Positions 8,431 through 17,118 of a stretch of DNA of 64,000 bases are shown here, one piece after another (the stretch's first letter is position 1; each line of letters starts with the position of its first letter). The stretch spans positions 9,482-73,481 of the forward strand of contig JBIOXB010000241.1 of the NCBI GenBank assembly GCA_044869275.1. The letters are read 5' to 3'. The stretch is from a bacterium. GTDB taxonomy: Bacteria > Zhuqueibacterota > Zhuqueibacteria > Zhuqueibacterales > Zhuqueibacteraceae. A model generated the notes under the pieces. It was given only the letters and a program-made list of their open reading frames with translations. It ran no database searches and was not told the DNA's origin. A program made the translations under genes and the position numbers.

Positions 8431-11411
8431 TTGCCTGTTGTCCCTTTTGATGCTGCCAGCCGCGCTTTGGCATCGCCCGGTTCTGGCCATTCTTTATCGG
8501 CACTCTTCCAAATGTTGAGAAATCTCTCATAGCGTTCAATTGCTTTGGCGGTTTTTCCTGTTTGCTCGTAGAGCTTGGCCAATTTGTAATGAAATCTCGC
8601 CGGAATCAGGCGGCGATCATTGTTCCGCGGATCGATGGTCGTGAGCCGTTCATATTCGGCAATTGCACCCACCAAGTCTCCTGATTGTAGGCGGGCTCGC
8701 GCTGCTATGTCATTTCTGAAGGGCAAGTTGTAACTAAACGTGACTTCAGCGTCAAGCCACACATGAAAACCGGGCAAATTTGCCTTTTGGGCAACGGCAA
8801 GAGCATTTCCAGCCGAGCCCTCGGCCAGCAATATTTCGGCAGAGAGCAGGTCATGATGAAACTTGGGCTGCTCCTCATGCTCGCGTTCTGCTAACGGCAA
8901 AATCGAGTTGATCCTCTCGAGCTGGTGCTTGGCAGAGTCGAGCTGCCCACTCTCGATATTCACCAGGCCGCGATAGAAGCTATGATATGCTTGATGAAAT
9001 GGACTTCTGCGAGGATCGGCTTCCATCAGAGAATTGATCAACTTCGAAATAGCAGTCCCGCTGGAATCGATTTCACCCAGATCGTAAAGCAGCCACGCAC
9101 GTACTCTCTCTGTTTCTCTGAAAGGCCATTCATTCCTCTGCGATCCCGCTAACTCATAAGCTTTCTTCAAATCGTCCAGTGCATATTTGGCATGGCCTTG
9201 AAAGTAATGATAAAATCCCCTCATACAGAAATAGAAGACTTCGCCGGGATACATGGCCATATGCTTGTCGAGGCTTTTCATGGCTTCAGCATAGTCTTCC
9301 TTGAGCGCATGGCAATAGGCGAGCCGCCAATCCACGCCGGAAAAATCGGGTTTGATCGCTTGCACTTCTTTGAACTTCGCAATTGCAGCATCTATCTCAC
9401 CCATTGCCAAGTAGATCTCGGCCATGGTATCCAGGGGGTTGGCGCTTCCCGGTGAAAAATCAATAGCGCGTTTCAGGGACTCCATTGCGCCGGTAAAATC
9501 GCCTTTGTTGGCATGAGCATATGCCAGCGCATTGTGAGCGAAGGCGGAACTGGGATTGAGCGCCAGTATCTCATTGAATTCTTCTATTGCCTTATCATAC
9601 ATTCGTTTGCGAAGATAACCACCAGCCAATGGGCCGCGTGCCCGAAGCTCTTTGGGGTATTTCAGCACGATGTGTTCCAGCAGGGAGTCTGCCTTTTGTG
9701 GATCCCGCTCAACGCTACGGGCATAGGAACTCTCGATCAAAAGCCTTTCTCTTTCTGAAGCTCTTTGTGAATACTTTTTGGCTTTTTCGAGCATCCTGGT
9801 TGACTTCGACGGATCTCGCCAATTTCGGTATATCCCCGAAAGGAGAAGATAGGCACTCGCAAAGGTCGAGTCATACTCGAGGGCCTTTTCCAACAGGCGA
9901 ATAGCATCGGAGTCGTAGTATTGAATGGCATATTCTCGGCCCCCAATGTAAAACTGATACGCTTCCATCGAAGTAGTTGTTACTTCTGCAATCGGCACTT
10001 GCGTCGCTTCTATTTTGCGTTCGGACAGCCCGGCGCCGCGCGAGATTTCCCGGCTCAAATCGTCGATCTGAGTTTTAAGAATGCTAGCCACGCCTTCGCC
10101 TTTGGCGCTGGCGCTGGTCAAGATTCTTTTGGTGTTCACCTCCAGAACTCTCACATTCGTAGCGAACATGTCACCGGCTTTCACAAAGCTGCCGAGCACG
10201 ATTACCTCGACGCCGTCCATGCGGCATAACTCAAAGCCCAAATCCGAGTCGATCGTTTCGACTTTATCCTTGCCGATCTGCTTGAGCAGATCGCGCATGC
10301 GTTCCCAGGTGGTCACCTGCAGATATTGCGACTGCTCCAAGCTGGTTATCAAAAGACTGGGGATGGCTTTTTGCAGGTAGTTGTAAGTGCTGTCCCCGGT
10401 TTGATTTTCGAAGCTGATCACCGCAATGGGCTTGGGTGCGGCGAGCGCTTCGCTCTCGAAAGGAGCCGGTTTGAACCAAAAAAATCCCCAAACCAGAAGC
10501 AGCGCCATCCCCGCCGCTACCGCTGCCCGTTTGATTTTTTTCTTCCGCAATATCCTGCCCGCGGTGTTAGGCAATCTCGGACGCGCAAGCGATTCTGTTC
10601 CATTTCTCACGTTCTTTAAATCGGCCAAGATCTCCTCGACGCTTTGATAGCGTTCGCCAGGACGTTTCTCCAGCGCTTTGCGCACGATTTTTTCTAATGC
10701 CTCAGGTACGCCGGTACGCAAGCTCGTTACCGGCTCGGGATCGATATTCAAAATGGAATACATGACAGCATGTTCATATTCCCCCTTAAATGGCAATTCC
10801 CCGGTGAGCATTTCATAAAGCACAACCCCCAAAGCCCAAATATCTGTGCGGTTATCTACCTCCTCCCCGCGCGCTTGCTCCGGCGACATGTAAGCCATCG
10901 TGCCCACCGTCGAGCCGGTCTTGGTGAGCCGCGGCTGGCCCGATAGTTTTGCCAGGCCAAAATCGAGAATCTTGGCTACACCTTCGTTCGTGACGATCAC
11001 ATTGGCGGGCTTGAGATCACGATGAATTATCCCGTGCGCATGCGCTTTTGCCAAACCTTGTGCAATTTGAATCGCAATTTCAATGGCACGATCCACGATC
11101 CACGAACCACTATCCACTTTTTTTTGCAGCGTCTCGCCTTCATAATACGCCATGGCAATGAACATCTGCCCATCTTCAGATTCACCAATTTCATAGATGG
11201 TGCAGATGTTGGGATGATCCATGGCTGAGGCGGCGCGGGCTTCATGCACAAAACGCGCTTTATCCGCATCGCTCGGCAAGAGTGCAGCAGGCAGGAATTT
11301 GAGTGCAACGAGGCGTTTGAGCTTGATGTCTTCGGCTTTATAGACCACGCCCATGCCGCCTTGGCCGAGCTTGGCGAGGATTCTGTAGTGGGAGATGGTT
11401 TGGCCGATCAT
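8427..11411 (-). CDS. Membrane Hanks-type Ser/Thr protein kinase with TolB-like and TPR extracytoplasmic region (about 994 aa)
   Basis: [41 protein letters not shown] 'AAVAAGMALLLVWGFFWF'; IAVISFEN; multiple TPR helices; start at MIGQ. Confidence 0.95.
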   Translation of the reverse strand: MIGQTISHYRILAKLGQGGMGVVYKAEDIKLKRLVALKFLPAALLPSDADKARFVHEARAASAMDHPNICTIYEIGESEDGQMFIAMAYYEGETLQKKVDSGSWIVDRAIEIAIQIAQGLAKAHAHGIIHRDLKPANVIVTNEGVAKILDFGLAKLSGQPRLTKTGSTVGTMAYMSPEQARGEEVDNRTDIWALGVVLYEMLTGELPFKGEYEHAVMYSILNIDPEPVTSLRTGVPEALEKIVRKALEKRPGERYQSVEEILADLKNVRNGTESLARPRLPNTAGRILRKKKIKRAAVAAGMALLLVWGFFWFKPAPFESEALAAPKPIAVISFENQTGDSTYNYLQKAIPSLLITSLEQSQYLQVTTWERMRDLLKQIGKDKVETIDSDLGFELCRMDGVEVIVLGSFVKAGDMFATNVRVLEVNTKRILTSASAKGEGVASILKTQIDDLSREISRGAGLSERKIEATQVPIAEVTTTSMEAYQFYIGGREYAIQYYDSDAIRLLEKALEYDSTFASAYLLLSGIYRNWRDPSKSTRMLEKAKKYSQRASERERLLIESSYARSVERDPQKADSLLEHIVLKYPKELRARGPLAGGYLRKRMYDKAIEEFNEILALNPSSAFAHNALAYAHANKGDFTGAMESLKRAIDFSPGSANPLDTMAEIYLAMGEIDAAIAKFKEVQAIKPDFSGVDWRLAYCHALKEDYAEAMKSLDKHMAMYPGEVFYFCMRGFYHYFQGHAKYALDDLKKAYELAGSQRNEWPFRETERVRAWLLYDLGEIDSSGTAISKLINSLMEADPRRSPFHQAYHSFYRGLVNIESGQLDSAKHQLERINSILPLAEREHEEQPKFHHDLLSAEILLAEGSAGNALAVAQKANLPGFHVWLDAEVTFSYNLPFRNDIAARARLQSGDLVGAIAEYERLTTIDPRNNDRRLIPARFHYKLAKLYEQTGKTAKAIERYERFLNIWKSADKEWPEPGDAKARLAASKGTTGK

Positions 11412-12147
11412 AAGTCCCCTTGCGTGATTGCTCAAGCACAGCGTACGGATTAATGCCTGGGTGGGGCCCAATCAGCAAAGTAAAATTACTTCACGCCAGC
11501 ATGGAAGTCAAGAGCGGATTATGCTGTTTAGCGTCGTAGGGTGGGCGTTTGGTTGACAAATGCAGCGACAACGAGCCTAGCAAAGGCTTTGGTTTTATGG
11601 GAACATTACACGCTCGTGCTGCACGCAGGAGGCCTATGGCGAATTCCTCCTGCACGATGCCGGGCTTGGCACCGACATAGAGCCGGAAAAGCCCGTTCCA
11701 CACCTGTGCAACCACCCGCGCAGCCCCGGGCGCGCCATGTAAGGGAGCAACAGCAACGGACGCTGCCTGAAAGTCAGGCAACGCCAGTTGCAGACGTGCT
11801 TTCGCGACCTATCTGGCCGGCAACCGTCGCGGATCCCGATAGAATGACACTGTGGAATTACCCTATCCAACGCGGTAATGGCCGGTGAGTGCTTCCAGTT
11901 TCATTCCCCGGCGGGGAAGAAAGCGTTGCCAGCTTTCCGGCTCGATTCCCCGGGGGCGCAACCGGCGGTGAGAGCCGGCTTAAGCGATTACCCAGCGAGT
12001 GAATGCACGCCAAGGGAGCCTCCACGGCCATTTCACCGAATCCGCGACCATTTTTTTGTGCCATCGCTCAGGTTCGATCGCAGGCTTTTAGAGTTTGATC
12101 GATTCATGTTCACTTTCCGCATTCGCGGAAATAACTAGAGAGCCATG

Positions 12148-12176
12148 GTAGGGGCGCCCCGCCGGGTCGCCCCTAC
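12148..12176. repeat. GTAG-type REP, copy 1 (GTAGGGGCGCCCCGCCGGGTCGCCCCTAC)
   Basis: GTAGGGGCG/CGCCCCTAC palindrome; identical copy at 12361-12389 with shared flank ATGACGCTGCCGGAT. Confidence 0.85.
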
Positions 12177-12360
12177 CATGACGCTGCCGGATTGGGCGAA
12201 TTTGTCGGTGCCGCCATATTCACGGGAAATTGAGGCCTCAACCTGCTCGAAGGATTTGAAAACGTCTTGCTGTTGGCTTGGGAAATGCTGATACCGGTGT
12301 CGGTCACGGTGATTTCAATAAGATCCATTGCGGGGGTGCCGCCGGGCGGGGGTGGCCTGG

Positions 12361-12389
12361 GTAGGGGCGCCCCGCCGGGTCGCCCCTAC
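12361..12389. repeat. GTAG-type REP, copy 2
   Basis: Identical to 12148-12176. Confidence 0.85.
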
Positions 12390-12420
12390 GATGACGCTGC
12401 CGGATAAGGTAGGAGTGATC

Positions 12421-12515
12421 AACGATGCCCTTCTTTGTAAAGAAACTCAAAATCCAAAGCCCAAAATTCAATGCCTCTTTTGGATTTTGTGCTTTGACTT
12501 TTCGGTTTCCGGCTT
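12421..12515. repeat. Palindromic repeat element of about 95 bp abutting the dnaE stop codon
   Basis: Aligns end to end with 21648-21740 (AACGATGC...AAAGAAA.CAAAAT.CAAAGC.CAAAATTCAAT...TTTGG..TTTGTG.TTTGA.TTTTCG.TT.CGGCTT). Confidence 0.75.
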
Positions 12516-15500
12516 ATGCCACCACCGCTGCGCGTTGGCGATACGGCTGCCGGCTGTTTGGCCGTGCACCGTTGGTGGAGGGCAATTGGATGTCGATCTT
12601 GATCGCTTCATTGCCCAGGGCTTCCTGCAAAAAACGGAGCAATTCGCTATTGGGCCGCACCCGTAAATTGCGCGCGTGAAAATCATAGGCGGGCGCATTG
12701 GGGCCGCGCACCCGCAAATAGAACGGGCAGGTGCCTTGGTTGAGCCGCAGCGTTTGCAGCAGGCGTTGCACGAGCTTGTCATCGAGTTTGTCGGCCACCA
12801 GGTCGAGCGCGAAGCTTTTGGGCAACGTTTGCCAGGCTTCATCGAGGCTCATGATATTCTCCACCAAGATCTTCGCGGCTTCGTCCTCCCGGCTTGAGGT
12901 TTTGCCCGTGATCACCACCACGGCATCGGGCTGCAGTTTTTCGCGATGCTCGGCCAGGGTGTCGCTGAAGACGATGGCCTCCATGCTCGCGGCAAAGTCT
13001 TCAATGGTGACGAACGCCATTTGCCCACCTTTACGGTCGACGATGGTCTTCATCTCCGCCACCATCCCGCAAACCATCACTGCCACGCCATCGCGCGCTT
13101 CCTGCAAATCTTGTATACGCGGATGTGAGAACAACTTCACTTCAAAGGCATAACGTTGCAGGGGATGCGCCGACAGATAAATACCCAAAAACTCTTTCTC
13201 GCGTTTCAGACGCTCGGCGGGATCCCAGTCTTCCACCTGCGGCAGCGGCGGCTCGGTTTCCACTTCGACCGGCGCATCGTCGAAGATCGAGGCCTGGCCG
13301 CGGAAGCGTTCATCCTGCTTGCGTTGCGAGTACGCGGAGGCGGAATCCAACGCCAGCAACAGTTGGTGGCGATTGGCGTTGATCGAATCGAACGCGCCCG
13401 CCTGCACCAGGCTTTCCAGGACTTTCTTATTGACGAGGCGGGAATCGAGGCGTGCGCAGAATTCATAAATCGAATGGCACCGCCCCTCATGCTCGCGCGC
13501 TTTGACCACGCTTTCAATGGCGCCCAAGCCAACATTTTTCACCGCGCCCAGGCCGTAGCGGATTTTGCCGTCGATCACCGTAAACTCGGCCAGGCTCGCG
13601 TTGACGTCCGGCGGCAGCAGCGGCACGCCCATGCGCCGGCATTCGTCGATCAACGTCACGATGCGCGAAGTGTTGCTCATTTCGCTGGTGAGTGTTGCGG
13701 CCATGAATTCCGCGGGATAGTGCGCTTTCAAGTACGCGGTTTGATAGGCCACCAGCGAATAACCCGCGGCGTGGGACTTGTTGAAACCATAGCCCGCGAA
13801 TTTATCCATCAAATCGAAAATTTGATTGGCGGTATTCGCCGGGATGTTCTTCTCTTTGCAGCCCTCGATGAACTTTTTCCGCTGCTCGGCCATGAGCTCG
13901 ACGTTTTTCTTTCCCATGGCGCGGCGCAACAGGTCGGCGCCGCCAAGCGTGAAACCGGCCAGCTCGCTGGCGATGCGCATCACCTGCTCTTGATACACGA
14001 TGATGCCATAGGTTTCCTTTAACACCGGCTCGAGCATGGGGTGCAAATATTCGATCTTTTTCGTGCCGTGCTTGCGCGCAATGAAATCGTCGATCATGTC
14101 CATCGGCCCGGGACGGTAGAGCGCGTTCATAGCAATGAGATCTTCCAGGCTCTGGGGTTTGAGCTTTTTGAGATACTCGCGCATGCCGGAGCTTTCGAAC
14201 TGGAACAGGCTGATGGTTTCGCCGTTGCCGAACAGCGCATAGGATTTGGCGTCGTCCAGGGGCAGCTTGTCCAAATCCAATTCCACGCCGCGCGCCTTGA
14301 GCATTTTCAGAGTTTTTTGCATCACCGTGAGCGTGCGCAGGCCCAAGAAATCCATCTTTAGCACGCCGATGGTTTCCAGCGATTTCATATCGTATTGCGT
14401 GGTCACGTCGCCGGTGTTGGATTTGTACAGTGGCGTATAATTCGTCAGCGCATCCGGCGTAATGACCACGCCTGCCGCGTGCGTCGAAGCATGGCGTGCC
14501 AGGCCTTCCAACACCTTCGAGTATTCGATCAGCTGTTTGTTGACGGAATTGGATTCCACCGTGGCGGTCAATTCGTTGACGGATTCCAACGCGCGCTCCA
14601 GCGTGATGCCGATCGTGGCCGGAATCATTTTCGCGAGCTTGTCAACCTCGCTGTATTTCACTTTCAATACCCGGCCCACGTCGCGCACCACGGCGCGCGC
14701 GGCCATGGTGCCGAAGGTGATGATCTGGGTGACGTTGTTCTCGCCGTATTTTTCCCGCACGTAATCGATGATTTCCTGCCGGCGTTCGTAACAAAAATCC
14801 ACGTCGATGTCCGGCATGGTCACGCGCTCGGGATTCAAAAAACGCTCGAAGATCAGATTGTACGGCATGGGGTCGATGTTAGTGATGCCGGTGCAGTAGC
14901 TCACCAGGCTGCCGGCCGCCGAACCGCGTCCCGGGCCGACGGGAATGCCTTTCGCGCGCGCATGGTTGATGAAATCCGCCACGATGAGAAAGTAGCCGGC
15001 ATAGCCGGTCTTTTGGATCGTTGCCAATTCATAATTCAAGCGCTGCTCCAGCGCGGGCGTGATTTCGGCATAACGCTGGCGCAGGCCCTCGCGCGCGAGA
15101 ATGGTAAGGTACTCATCGAGCGTCTTGCCGCGATGCTCTTCCGGCAATTCGAACGTGGGCAAATAAACTTTGTTGAAGTCCAGCTTGAGCTCGCATTTGT
15201 CGGCGATGTCGGCCGTGATCGCCAGCGCTTCCTCATATCCTTTGAAGGTGTCATACATCTCCGCCGGCGACTTGAAATAAATTTCATCCGTGGTGTAGCG
15301 CAGGCGATTCGGGTCATCGCGATCCTTGCCGGTTTGCAGGCAGATCAGAACGTCGTGCGGTGAGGCGTGCTCGCGCTTCAAGTAGTGGATGTCGTTCGTC
15401 ACCACCAGCGGAATGCTCAAGTCCTTGCCGAGCGCCACGATTTGATCGCGGACCTCGTCCTCTTCCGGCAAATTGTGCTTATGAATTTCGAGATAATAGT

Positions 15501-16014
15501 CATCGCCGAACACTTCGCGATAGCGCAGGGCGGTTTGGCGCGCCTCCTCCGGCCGGCCGTTCAAAAACTTTTGTGCGATCTCTCCTTTCAAGCATGCCGA
15601 AAGCACCACCAAGCCTTCGTGGTATTCCTGCAGAATCTCCCAATCGATGCGCGGGCGGTAATAAAAGCCTTCAAGATAGCCCAGAGACACGAGGCGCATG
15701 ATGTTTTTGTAGCCCTGCAGATTTTTGGCAAGCAGCACGAGATGGAAAGAAGTATCGGCCTGGGTGCCCTTTTGACTGCCCTTCTCCTTGCGGCTGCGCG
15801 GCGCGATGTAGGCTTCCACCCCGATGATGGGTTTGATGCCCGACTTTTGACACGTTTTGTAAAACTCAATTGCGCCAAACATGGTGCCATGATCGGTCAG
15901 GGCGAGCGCGGGCATGTTGTTTTTCTTGGCGGCATCGACGAGATCCTTGATGCGGCACGCGCCGTCGAGCAGGCTATAGTGCGAATGATTGTGCAGATGG
16001 ACGAATCCCGGCAT
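12514..16014 (-). CDS. dnaE: DNA polymerase III alpha subunit
   Basis: PHP domain 'FVHLHNHSHYSLLDG', GPGRGSAAGS, MPDIDVDF, KMDFLGL, FNKSH, OB-fold; no intein; start at MPGFVH. Confidence 0.98.
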   Translation of the reverse strand: MPGFVHLHNHSHYSLLDGACRIKDLVDAAKKNNMPALALTDHGTMFGAIEFYKTCQKSGIKPIIGVEAYIAPRSRKEKGSQKGTQADTSFHLVLLAKNLQGYKNIMRLVSLGYLEGFYYRPRIDWEILQEYHEGLVVLSACLKGEIAQKFLNGRPEEARQTALRYREVFGDDYYLEIHKHNLPEEDEVRDQIVALGKDLSIPLVVTNDIHYLKREHASPHDVLICLQTGKDRDDPNRLRYTTDEIYFKSPAEMYDTFKGYEEALAITADIADKCELKLDFNKVYLPTFELPEEHRGKTLDEYLTILAREGLRQRYAEITPALEQRLNYELATIQKTGYAGYFLIVADFINHARAKGIPVGPGRGSAAGSLVSYCTGITNIDPMPYNLIFERFLNPERVTMPDIDVDFCYERRQEIIDYVREKYGENNVTQIITFGTMAARAVVRDVGRVLKVKYSEVDKLAKMIPATIGITLERALESVNELTATVESNSVNKQLIEYSKVLEGLARHASTHAAGVVITPDALTNYTPLYKSNTGDVTTQYDMKSLETIGVLKMDFLGLRTLTVMQKTLKMLKARGVELDLDKLPLDDAKSYALFGNGETISLFQFESSGMREYLKKLKPQSLEDLIAMNALYRPGPMDMIDDFIARKHGTKKIEYLHPMLEPVLKETYGIIVYQEQVMRIASELAGFTLGGADLLRRAMGKKNVELMAEQRKKFIEGCKEKNIPANTANQIFDLMDKFAGYGFNKSHAAGYSLVAYQTAYLKAHYPAEFMAATLTSEMSNTSRIVTLIDECRRMGVPLLPPDVNASLAEFTVIDGKIRYGLGAVKNVGLGAIESVVKAREHEGRCHSIYEFCARLDSRLVNKKVLESLVQAGAFDSINANRHQLLLALDSASAYSQRKQDERFRGQASIFDDAPVEVETEPPLPQVEDWDPAERLKREKEFLGIYLSAHPLQRYAFEVKLFSHPRIQDLQEARDGVAVMVCGMVAEMKTIVDRKGGQMAFVTIEDFAASMEAIVFSDTLAEHREKLQPDAVVVITGKTSSREDEAAKILVENIMSLDEAWQTLPKSFALDLVADKLDDKLVQRLLQTLRLNQGTCPFYLRVRGPNAPAYDFHARNLRVRPNSELLRFLQEALGNEAIKIDIQLPSTNGARPNSRQPYRQRAAVVA

Positions 16015-16128
16015 ACGAGCTGTGCAAGATGTAAATGGTTGGTGGGAAGAACAAACGATTTTACAAACCCGGGAGCGAAGGTAGAAAAGAATTGAGGAAA
16101 TTGCAACACTATATTTGGGCATTAAAAC

Positions 16129-16159
16129 AAAAGCCAGGCTCGGCCGAGTCTGGCTTTTT
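16129..16159. terminator. Intrinsic terminator, probably bidirectional
   Basis: AAAAGCCAG...CTGGCTTTT hairpin downstream of 16192-17076. Confidence 0.7.
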
Positions 16160-16191
16160 AGAGAGGAGGCACTTGCGATACGATCCTGCGC

Positions 16192-17076
16192 TCAAGCGTT
16201 GTTCAGCATTTTCAAATAGCGCATGGCCTTTTGTGCGGAAGCGGAATTGCCCGCGAAATTGAGCACCGTGTTCAGCTCGGTGCGCGCCGATTCCGGCTCG
16301 CCGGCCTTGATGAGCGCAATGCCGATCATCAACTGCGCATCGTTGATCTTGTTGCTGTTGTCGAGCGGCAGCACTTTCTGAAATTCCGCGATCGCCTGGT
16401 AGTAATTACCCATGGCGAAATAAGCCTCGCCGATCCAATACTGGCAATTGTCGGCCAGCGGCGAACGGTCGTTGCTGGCGAGCAGCTCGCGGAATTTGCG
16501 GATGGCGCGATCGTAGTTGCGCACGTAAAAGTCATCCAGCGCATCTTGATAGGCCAGGCCAAATTCCGTGTTGTAAACATCGGCTTCGCCGCGAATCGGG
16601 CCGCGCTTGCCCGTGGACTCTGCGCCCGTCGCCGCCATTTGTGAATTGGTCATCTGCAATTCCGCGCGCAGACTGTCGAGCATACGGCTTTTGCTGGAAG
16701 AGATCGAGCTCAGCTCGTTTACTTCCGTCTGCAAATTGTTGAACGCTTCATCCGTCAGCAAAGAGCTTTCAGCGCTTTCCGCCTGCTGGTTGTTTTCGCC
16801 CATGGCGTCCAGCTCGGCCATTTTTTCGTCAAAACCCGTGGACTCGCCGCTGCCTTCTTCGAGCAGTTCCAGCCGGCCGAGCAAATCGTCCGCAGTGCTG
16901 GAAGACTCTGGCTCCGTGGCTTGGGGGTTTTCCGAATCGGTGGCGTATTCGTCTTCGACGAATTCATCTTCGAAGGCCACGTCCTGCACTCTGCCGCTGC
17001 AAACCACGAAGAGGCCGACGACGACCAACAAAAGAGAAAGTATGGAAGTTCCCAAGATTCGCTGTAATTTCGTCAT
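16192..17076 (-). CDS. CpoB/YbgF-like TPR protein
   Basis: N-terminal membrane anchor or lipobox, coiled coil, C-terminal TPR 'LADNCQYWIGEAYF...KINDAQLMIG'. Confidence 0.75.
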   Translation of the reverse strand: MTKLQRILGTSILSLLLVVVGLFVVCSGRVQDVAFEDEFVEDEYATDSENPQATEPESSSTADDLLGRLELLEEGSGESTGFDEKMAELDAMGENNQQAESAESSLLTDEAFNNLQTEVNELSSISSSKSRMLDSLRAELQMTNSQMAATGAESTGKRGPIRGEADVYNTEFGLAYQDALDDFYVRNYDRAIRKFRELLASNDRSPLADNCQYWIGEAYFAMGNYYQAIAEFQKVLPLDNSNKINDAQLMIGIALIKAGEPESARTELNTVLNFAGNSASAQKAMRYLKMLNNA

Positions 17077-17118
17077 GATGTGTACTCCATTCTTGGTGTT
17101 GAGATTGCAACAGAATCG

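Larger units (their letters stand above)
12135..12405 (-). pseudogene. Scrambled histidine-kinase HATPase_c fragment containing REPs
   Basis: Minus-strand translation across two frameshifts: SGSVIV-[REP]-...MDLIEITVTDTGISI / QQDVFKSFEQVEASISREYGGT-DKFAQSGSVMV-[REP] (G1 box, F box and start of G2 box). Confidence 0.7.

Noticed and set aside
7030..11411. Diversity-generating retroelement TR/VR pair in the kinase duplication
   Set aside because: Differences between the copies are not adenine-specific and no reverse transcriptase is present.
11491..12134. Short ORFs or possible RAYT or GNAT remnants
   Set aside because: Only faint resemblance (e.g. 'PERW', 'KWPW', 'GRGFG') with stops; cannot be supported without a translated search.
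12148..12389. Mini CRISPR array from two identical 29-bp palindromes
   Set aside because: Only two copies about 185 bp apart, GTAG-REP structure, a spacer that is a kinase fragment, and no cas genes.
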